Assembly (NCBI GenBank): GCA_016432485.1
Contig: CP066691.1
Coordinates: 281,762-345,761 of the forward strand
DNA length: 64,000 bases
Reading direction: 5' to 3'
Source of the DNA: Candidatus Niyogibacteria bacterium
GTDB lineage: Bacteria; Patescibacteriota; Minisyncoccia; HO2-45-28
Part shown: positions 36,204 to 43,002 of the stretch, in pieces
Numbering within the stretch: position 1 is the first letter of the stretch
How the letters are laid out: the number at the start of each line of letters is the position of its first letter
Notes under the pieces: model-generated
What the model saw: the letters and a program-made list of their open reading frames with translations, nothing else
What the model was told of the DNA's origin: nothing
Database searches by the model: none
Translations under genes and position numbers: made by a program

Positions 36204-37997
36204 ATGCCAGAACAAAGGTCGGAAAATTCTTATATCGTAAACGACATCTTACCGTTTCTGGCAAGCAATTTTGGCTACCCGATTCATGACGCGGAGCGAG
36301 TAAAAATAAACGATGTTCCGATTTTTCGGCCAAGCGGCGGCAGAAGTGGGTCCACAATTGATATTGTCTACTATCATAACGGGGAGCCAGTTCTTCTCAT
36401 TGAAGCAAAAACTAAACATAAAACTCATGAGTCCGCATTGATAGAAGCAAAGAATTATCTAAAAAACTTTCCCATAGACAAACCGGAGTTTGCTCCGTCT
36501 GGCTTGCCCCCAAAAATTTTGGCAACAACAGTCGGTAAAAACATTAAATTTTACAAATGGAGCATAGATTATTCAAAACCAATTCCGGATTTTATAACCG
36601 AAGAAATTGAGGTTTTATCATTTGAGAAGTTGCTTTCCTACTACGGATTAATTAAAGAATATAAGGCGCGCATTTTAGAGCCCAAAAACTTTGCCACGGA
36701 TTTTTTTGACGAACTAATTTCTATTTTCAAATTTCATAAAAAAGAGAAAAAAATAACAAAGGATGTTGTCAAAGAAGTTGTTTATCAAATTCACAATTAT
36801 TTGCTGAATCCAAAAAAATACACCGGCGATTATCCTTACACCGAATTGGACTTACAAGGACAAAAAGCCGTTCGCGATCTGTTTAAGCGATTTGATTTTG
36901 TCGCTTCGCTTGGCCCGGAAATAGCCAAAGAATTTCGCAAGTCGATTTTGAGATCTTTTCAAGGCGAAGAATTCAATCAGTACCTTACCGAAAAATGCGT
37001 TATAGATTTTGTTTTCGGTCTGATTGGCAAATTGAACAAACACACGAAAGTTTTGGATTTCGAGTGTGGTAGTGGAGGATTTTTGGCGACGGCAGTCAAT
37101 CAGAACAATTTGGATTTGGAAAATGTGATGGGGATTGATATTGAGGACTTGCCTTATATCATCGCCAAAACTTACTTTGCTCTGTACTTCGGAAAAACCG
37201 GTGAGGGGTTGAATCTTGTCCCAATAAAGAAAGATAACGGCTTGTTTTATCACGGCAAGAATTGGGATTTAGTTGTGGGCAATCCCGCCGGAAGCAGTAA
37301 ATACGAACATGGCGATGAAGATAAAATTTTTGAGAATCTAAATAGTGATTTAAATAACGACGACAAAAAAGATAAAATTTCGGAGTACAATTTGTCAATT
37401 CAGCAAGCGATTCAATCCGCTCGCGTTGGCGGCAAGATTTGTTTGATACTGCCTGAAGGAGTGTTTTCAAATTCTCAAGACGAGTTTTTAAGAAAATATA
37501 TCGCCAAATATTGCAATATATTGGCAATCGTGAGCTTGCCACCGGGGTCGTTCAGAAGAGGAACAACAGTAAGCCAGTTAAGGAGAGGCGCACAATCTGC
37601 TTCAATGAAAATGTCTATTGTGTACGCGGAAAAAACCAGAGAGGTCAGGAAAAAAGAAGGATTGGAAGTTGATTTGAGGCATTTGGACTACCCGATATTT
37701 TTAGCGCACATTGATAAGGTTGATTCCGGATCAGGCGAAATCAGTGAATGGCTGGAGGAAAGATTAAACGTTGTGTTGGAGCAATGGAAAGAGTGGCAGA
37801 ATAAAGCTGAATTGAATGATATTGAAAAAATAACCACAAAGCTTGATAAAGAAGAAAAGATAAAAGAAAATCAAAAAACTTTGTTTAGCAAGGTCGAGCT
37901 CGACAAGACAAACATAGAAAAAAGTAAAAAGATAAAACCAAAAGAGGGTAAGTCAGAAACAAAGATAAGCAAAAACTTGGAAGATTTATTAAGTTAA
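36204..37997 (+). CDS. HsdR_N-type PD-(D/E)xK nuclease fused to a paralogous N6-MTase-like domain with a degenerate motif IV (NPAG) and a Lys-rich coiled-coil tail
   Basis: N-terminus GSTIDIVYYHNGEPVLLIEAKTK (D...ExK). MTase-like domain has motif I LDFECGSGGFLATAV but VVGNPAGSS in place of NPPY. Collinear similarity to the 34400-35374 protein (MGIDIE vs FGIDID, GGKICLILPEGV vs GGWIAIIIPDGI, AIVSLPP vs AIVSLPR). Confidence 0.7.
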   Translation: MPEQRSENSYIVNDILPFLASNFGYPIHDAERVKINDVPIFRPSGGRSGSTIDIVYYHNGEPVLLIEAKTKHKTHESALIEAKNYLKNFPIDKPEFAPSGLPPKILATTVGKNIKFYKWSIDYSKPIPDFITEEIEVLSFEKLLSYYGLIKEYKARILEPKNFATDFFDELISIFKFHKKEKKITKDVVKEVVYQIHNYLLNPKKYTGDYPYTELDLQGQKAVRDLFKRFDFVASLGPEIAKEFRKSILRSFQGEEFNQYLTEKCVIDFVFGLIGKLNKHTKVLDFECGSGGFLATAVNQNNLDLENVMGIDIEDLPYIIAKTYFALYFGKTGEGLNLVPIKKDNGLFYHGKNWDLVVGNPAGSSKYEHGDEDKIFENLNSDLNNDDKKDKISEYNLSIQQAIQSARVGGKICLILPEGVFSNSQDEFLRKYIAKYCNILAIVSLPPGSFRRGTTVSQLRRGAQSASMKMSIVYAEKTREVRKKEGLEVDLRHLDYPIFLAHIDKVDSGSGEISEWLEERLNVVLEQWKEWQNKAELNDIEKITTKLDKEEKIKENQKTLFSKVELDKTNIEKSKKIKPKEGKSETKISKNLEDLLS

Positions 37998-38001
37998 AAA
38001 T

Positions 38002-38283
38002 ATGAAAAAAGATAATAAAACAATAGGTATTACAATTCGTTTTTTCACCAACGATCTGCCGGGTCGTGTAGGAACCAAAAAGGAACACACACCATTTTGG
38101 ACTTGTGGCAACGTTCATCTCGAGGCGAACAAAACAAAAGGAATAAAACCTCAAGATGAAATGTTCAATTACTTTGAAGATATTCCCCGCGCAATTAAGG
38201 TGGTTTTAAGCAAAAGTAAATTGGTAGCCGTTGAAGATGTTGCGTATAGCATGAGAGCAGAGAAAAGAAGAAAAACAAGTTGA
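38002..38283 (+). CDS. small hypothetical protein, last gene of the operon
   Basis: 93 aa; begins 4 nt after the upstream stop. Confidence 0.4.
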   Translation: MKKDNKTIGITIRFFTNDLPGRVGTKKEHTPFWTCGNVHLEANKTKGIKPQDEMFNYFEDIPRAIKVVLSKSKLVAVEDVAYSMRAEKRRKTS

Positions 38284-38568
38284 TCAGCTCGTCTATGGTT
38301 CGATAAACTCACCACAGGTAAACTCTACACCCTCACCCCGGAGGAAATTAAGGTTGTGGAAAATTGATTTGCATTTTCAAAAATTTATGTCCTAACTTTA
38401 AAACCAAGTTGATTTTTTAAATAAAATATGCTAGACTTAAACTAAAGTAGATAAAAAATTGAGAGATTAATAAATCGGGGGTTCGCTAAACATTTTTTGT
38501 GACGCAACCTCATTCATCCCTCCGATTCACGGAAAGATGCTCGTCCGAAAACGGCGGCATCTCAAGAA

Positions 38569-38597
38569 AAACGGACGGGATAGGTCCGTTTTTTTGT
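38569..38597 (+). terminator. intrinsic terminator
   Basis: AACGGAC-gggatag-GTCCGTT followed by TTTTTTG. Confidence 0.65.
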
Positions 38598-38634
38598 TTG
38601 CTGAGTCGAAAAACAGTAATTATTAATTCATTGC

Positions 38635-38919
38635 TTGTCAAAATATATGATAACTTTAGAGCTTGTTTTCGCAGTTATAACAACCGTCCTTACTCTAGCC
38701 AATATTTTTCAGTGGTTTGATCACAGATCAAAAAATAAAGCACTGCAAAGCTTTCTGGAAGCTATTCACGACATCTCTAAAAGGTTAGAGGGGGTAAGTG
38801 ATGGACCAACAATTAAACAAAAATCTCAAGATATTTGTTCGGTAGTAAACGCCGCAATAGTAACGGTTGGTGGATATAAAAAGCCGTTTTTTAACCGCAT
38901 TAAAAAGGGTGGGGCTTAA
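38635..38919 (+). CDS. hypothetical membrane-anchored protein
   Basis: N-terminal TM; followed by terminator AAACGGCTAAATC-ggtg-GATTTAGCCGTTT at about 38996-39032. Confidence 0.4.
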   Translation: MSKYMITLELVFAVITTVLTLANIFQWFDHRSKNKALQSFLEAIHDISKRLEGVSDGPTIKQKSQDICSVVNAAIVTVGGYKKPFFNRIKKGGA

Positions 38920-39101
38920 AAATCCTGAAAACCACATGAGTCTTGATCTGCTTAGATAAGCGGAGATGGCGCTTTGCTAATTCAGGGACCCGACACCAAA
39001 CGGCTAAATCGGTGATTTAGCCGTTTGGTTTGCCCTTGATTTTTCCCAAAATTTTTTGTAGGCTTGGAATATCTTTATGGATATCTTTATCTTCTTAAAA
39101 A

Positions 39102-39785
39102 GTGAAAAAAGATCAAAAAATATATATAAAAGAGAACGATGTTAACTTTCGGAAGCCATCCGGTGAACCAGATGGCGTGGAAAAAATGAAAGCGGGACAG
39201 AATCTCGTTTTTGTGGATGGGCCGTGGTTTAGGGCAACAAAAGATGGAAAGATTGGTTGGGTCTATGCTGACTATATATCTGAAACGAATCCGAACCCCG
39301 CACAGCAGCCACAGCAATTGATTTCTTTTGTGGAGGGATGGCCAAACTTATACAACAGCCCTGTTACTGTTGCCGTTCGCGAAATTATTAATAATGAGTT
39401 TGGGCTTGAAGCGGAGAAAATCCCGTTAAATTGTACCGAATACGTCCAGTATTGCATCAAGACAAAACTGGGCATTGTTATCGAGTGGCCATCTGACCGC
39501 CCGCGTCATGGCGGAAAATGGGCAGATATTTTTAGACGAAATAATTTGTACAAGGTTATAAATGAACCAGTTTCAAATTGTGCTGCTTGTTTTACTGATG
39601 TCCGCAAGAAAGACGGAACTTTAACAAAGGAAGGTCACGTTGCATTTGTTGAAGAAATATTTCCTGATGGCTCAATAAAAATTTCAGAGGCAAATTGGCC
39701 CAACAGCGGTATTTATAGTGAGCGTATTTTAAGCAAAGCGGATTGGCAAAATAAATATAGGTGCCGTTTTATTGATTTTTTATGA
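39102..39785 (+). CDS. SH3b plus CHAP-domain peptidoglycan hydrolase (no signal peptide)
   Basis: SH3b-like GQNLVFVDGPWFRATKDGKIGWVYADYI. CHAP Cys (CTEYVQYC) and His (GHVAFVEEI). Confidence 0.65.
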   Translation: MKKDQKIYIKENDVNFRKPSGEPDGVEKMKAGQNLVFVDGPWFRATKDGKIGWVYADYISETNPNPAQQPQQLISFVEGWPNLYNSPVTVAVREIINNEFGLEAEKIPLNCTEYVQYCIKTKLGIVIEWPSDRPRHGGKWADIFRRNNLYKVINEPVSNCAACFTDVRKKDGTLTKEGHVAFVEEIFPDGSIKISEANWPNSGIYSERILSKADWQNKYRCRFIDFL

Positions 39786-40279
39786 CAATACCGGGTCAAC
39801 AAAAAGTACGAAAAATTATTCGTGGGGACGAACAAAATAGGATTACTATTGCGGTGGTATTTTTGGCCACCTATCTAACTATTATTTTTGGGCTGTCTGA
39901 TAAAATCAGGGTATCTATAAATGATATAAACGGGATGAGCATCTTGAATGACTTGGTTTTTGCAATTTTTATAGTTTTCGGCGTCTTAATTTCATCTCTG
40001 TTTTTCTTATATCTAGTTTTCACGGCACTAAGTTTAGATTTTAATAAACAAAAAGAGGTTATTTTTGAGCAAGAGGTGAGTGAGAAAAAATTAGTTAAAG
40101 TAAGAGAAAAACTTTTTAATGCTGGAGTGCGATCTGTTTTCATTTCATTTACGTTCCCGGTTTATTATCTCTTCGTTTTGTTTAGGAAAGGTTACGGAGT
40201 ATGGACCTCCGTATTGCTGTGGGGCTTCAGTCTAGCCTTAATATATATTTTGTTATTTTTAGTTTTTAAAGACGATTAA
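39782..40279 (+). CDS. four-TM membrane protein, hypothetical
   Basis: Overlaps the CHAP gene by 4 nt. Confidence 0.45.
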   Translation: MTIPGQQKVRKIIRGDEQNRITIAVVFLATYLTIIFGLSDKIRVSINDINGMSILNDLVFAIFIVFGVLISSLFFLYLVFTALSLDFNKQKEVIFEQEVSEKKLVKVREKLFNAGVRSVFISFTFPVYYLFVLFRKGYGVWTSVLLWGFSLALIYILLFLVFKDD

Positions 40280-40311
40280 CTGGCCAACAAAAAAATTAGG
40301 AAAATAAATTT

Positions 40312-41136
40312 ATGAACGAATTTGAATATATTAAACAGCATCTGCTCAATAGATTAGAAATTGATCGCGGATACTCTCATGGTGGGGCCCAGCGTATTTT
40401 AAGAGAACAACTAAATGAATGGGAAAAAAGAAAAAATGGCATTAAAGATTTATATGGCTTGTATAGACAATTTCTTATAAGCGCGCAAAATCGGCAGGGC
40501 ATGCCTAACATTATAGGGGGAGAAAAAGGGGTTGATGAAATTTTAGAAAAAGTCATTAAGACACGACGACTTGATAAAATTGTGGAAAACTTTAAATCAC
40601 CGGAAATTCTCTTTGAGAAAATTAAAAAGGTGAGTATAACAAAAAAACATACACTGAAAAGCTCTAAAAATACATGGATTGGTTTTTGTAAATCTGTTAT
40701 ATCCAGCGCGGAGTTTTTAAAGCAGTTTAAAGATTTAAACGATTTTAGAAAGTTTGCGGATTCTTTGTATAAAGTGAGGGGAGCGCGTATGGCTCTGCCT
40801 CTTATCATAAGTGCGGAAGTTAGCGGGATTGGGTTGGCATTGGCTTGTGATATTTTAAAAGAAAGCGGATACCCAGATTATGTTAAACCCGATATTTGGA
40901 TTAAGCGCTTTGCAAAAGCTTTTGAAATTACAAAGTCAAACAGCGACTACAGAATAGCGGAGGATCTCGTGGCTTATAGTAAATCTATTAACGAACTGCC
41001 GTATGTGGTTGATAAGGCGTTCTGGTTAACTGGTAGCGGAGATTTTTATCTTAGTGGAGATAAAATCGAAAGAGTTAAAAAAGAAGATATAGAAAGTTTT
41101 GTTGAAAAATATAAAAAAGAGAAATTAACCCCATGA
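40312..41136 (+). CDS. hypothetical protein with an HhH-GPD-like motif (possible DNA glycosylase fold)
   Basis: LPLIISAEVSGIGLALACDIL followed by VKPDIWIKRF resembles the EndoIII LPGVG...VDTHIFRV arrangement. Confidence 0.35.
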   Translation: MNEFEYIKQHLLNRLEIDRGYSHGGAQRILREQLNEWEKRKNGIKDLYGLYRQFLISAQNRQGMPNIIGGEKGVDEILEKVIKTRRLDKIVENFKSPEILFEKIKKVSITKKHTLKSSKNTWIGFCKSVISSAEFLKQFKDLNDFRKFADSLYKVRGARMALPLIISAEVSGIGLALACDILKESGYPDYVKPDIWIKRFAKAFEITKSNSDYRIAEDLVAYSKSINELPYVVDKAFWLTGSGDFYLSGDKIERVKKEDIESFVEKYKKEKLTP

Positions 41137-41474
41137 CCTCAATTTTAATTTCCATAATTATTTTTCTTGCCGTGGCAGTTTTGGTGCTGGCTGTTTTTGC
41201 GCGTAAAGAAGCGGAAAAACACGGCACGAATACGAAAGATGAATTTGTCGGTATCTGCGCCTCGGCAATTGAGACGGCTTCGGAAAAAGAATCTCGCAAG
41301 CAAAAGGCGCTGGCTATGTTTGAGCGGAAAAAAGAACTCTCCAACGCCGAAATCCGCAAGACGCTCGGCGTATCTAGCCGCACGGCCGTGCGCTATTTAG
41401 ATGAATTGGAAGCGGAGGGCAAAATAGAGCAAGTCGGCAAAATCGGCCACGCCGTCACCTACCGTCTAAAATAA
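41133..41474 (+). CDS. membrane-anchored winged-HTH DNA-binding protein
   Basis: N-terminal TM plus C-terminal LSNAEIRKTLGVSSRTAVRYLDELEAEGKI HTH. Confidence 0.55.
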   Translation: MTSILISIIIFLAVAVLVLAVFARKEAEKHGTNTKDEFVGICASAIETASEKESRKQKALAMFERKKELSNAEIRKTLGVSSRTAVRYLDELEAEGKIEQVGKIGHAVTYRLK

Positions 41475-41475
41475 A

Positions 41476-41513
41476 ACAACATTCCAACATTCTGCAGAAT
41501 GTTGGAATGTTGT
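41476..41513. promoter_or_regulatory. perfect 38-bp palindrome, ArsR operator candidate, copy 1
   Basis: aacaacattccaacattctgcagaatgttggaatgttgtt, checked base by base. Located immediately upstream of the arsR-like gene. Confidence 0.6.
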
Positions 41514-41536
41514 GGCGGATGTGTTATGTTGTAAAT

Positions 41537-41806
41537 ATGGTAAAGACTTCAAGACAACTGGAAAGATATTTTAAGGGCGCGGCCAACCATCGGCGAATTG
41601 ATATCTTGTTTACGGTTGAAAAAAATGACGGGATTACGGTTGAAGAGATTGCGGATGCTCTGGAGGCAAATTTCAAGACCATCTCCCAGCACACACGCTC
41701 GCTGGTCCATGCCGGTCTGTTGAATAAACAATACCGCGGCCGTCGGGTAGCGCACTCACTTTCTCCCTATGGCAAATTTTTCCTTAAGTTCATGAAAACA
41801 TTCTAA
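41537..41806 (+). CDS. ArsR/SmtB-family transcriptional regulator
   Basis: HRRIDILFTV...ITVEEIADALEANFKTISQHTRSLVHAGLL ArsR HTH. The track start at 41507 overlaps the palindrome, so the likely true start is the ATG at 41537 (MVKTSRQL). Confidence 0.7.
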   Translation: MVKTSRQLERYFKGAANHRRIDILFTVEKNDGITVEEIADALEANFKTISQHTRSLVHAGLLNKQYRGRRVAHSLSPYGKFFLKFMKTF

Positions 41807-41830
41807 CATTCTGCAGAATGTTAGAATGTT
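41797..41830. promoter_or_regulatory. perfect 34-bp palindrome, ArsR operator candidate, copy 2, upstream of tspO
   Basis: aaacattctaacattctgcagaatgttagaatgttt; shares its core with copy 1. Confidence 0.6.
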
Positions 41831-41865
41831 ATGAATGCGCCAGACGAGTGGCGTATTGAAAAAAA

Positions 41866-42375
41866 ATGAAAATCGGTAATATTTTAAAACTCACTATTGC
41901 GATTGCGGTGTCGGAATTGGCCGGTGTGATCGGCTCGTTTTTTACTGTTTCTTCAATTCCAAATTGGTATGCCGGGCTGGTGAAGCCGGCGCTCAATCCT
42001 CCTGCTTGGGTATTTGGACCCGCGTGGACTATGCTTTACGCGTTGATGGGCATTTCGCTTTTTTTGATCTGGAAGATCAACCCTTCCGAAGCTCGCGTCG
42101 GCGAGCGTAGGAGGGCCGTCACATTATTTTTCATCCAGCTTTTCTTAAACGCAATCTGGTCAATTATTTTCTTTGGCCTGCATGGTTCAACATGGCTCAC
42201 CATAAACAATCTCGGCTGGGCATTGGTTGATATCATTCTTCTCTGGCTCGCGATCGTCTGGACAATGGTTGTATTCTACAAAATTTCTCGCCCGGCGGCA
42301 TATCTCCTCGTGCCGTATCTTCTCTGGGTAAGTTTCGCGATGTATTTAAACTACGCGATCTGGGCATTAAATTGA
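41866..42375 (+). CDS. tspO: TspO/MBR tryptophan-rich sensory protein
   Basis: Five TM helices; conserved NPPAWVFGPAWTMLY and W-rich segments. Confidence 0.85.
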   Translation: MKIGNILKLTIAIAVSELAGVIGSFFTVSSIPNWYAGLVKPALNPPAWVFGPAWTMLYALMGISLFLIWKINPSEARVGERRRAVTLFFIQLFLNAIWSIIFFGLHGSTWLTINNLGWALVDIILLWLAIVWTMVVFYKISRPAAYLLVPYLLWVSFAMYLNYAIWALN

Positions 42376-42382
42376 AAAAATT

Positions 42383-42847
42383 ATGACCACATACAGACAC
42401 ACTCAAATTGGTTACCTGATGCTCTCTATTACGCTCGTCGTGCTGGTGTTTTTCGCGTGGCTTCAGATCACGGCCAGAGCTGAACCTCCTTCGTATGACT
42501 CCGGCACCAATTTTGCCATTACCGCCATAATGGCACTCATTCTGTTTATCCTTGCATCGTTTTCAACGCTTACCGTCTTCATTGACGAACAATTTTTGAA
42601 AATCTGTTTTGGCTGGGGCATTTTCCGCAAAAAGTTTCCGTTAACCGATATCGCCACTATCGGGAAAGTAAAAAATCATTGGTATTACGGCTGGGGCATA
42701 CGGCTATGGTTCTGGCCGTATATGTGGATTTTTAATGTTTCCGGCATTGACGCGATTGAAATTCGAATTAAGAACGGAAAAATCTATCGTATCGGCACGG
42801 ACGAGCCGGAAAAACTTGAGGCCGCGATCAAGCAAGCAATAAGTTAA
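42383..42847 (+). CDS. hypothetical membrane protein
   Basis: Two N-terminal TM helices plus a Trp-rich region. Confidence 0.4.
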   Translation: MTTYRHTQIGYLMLSITLVVLVFFAWLQITARAEPPSYDSGTNFAITAIMALILFILASFSTLTVFIDEQFLKICFGWGIFRKKFPLTDIATIGKVKNHWYYGWGIRLWFWPYMWIFNVSGIDAIEIRIKNGKIYRIGTDEPEKLEAAIKQAIS

Positions 42848-43002
42848 GCAAATCGTCCTAAGGGTTCAAGTTTCGTTTTACGGCTCGTCAGTATCGCAAT
42901 TGGCGCAAAGGGCTCTTACCCTCGGCACAAATCACCGCGGGGACAATTACGGGGCAGTCAGCTCGTTTAAAGTAGATTAATACGTTTAACAAGTTATAAA
43001 AA

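Noticed and set aside
38499-38720. Plus-strand 73-aa ORF
   Set aside because: It reads straight through a strong intrinsic terminator and has low-complexity composition. Likely non-coding.
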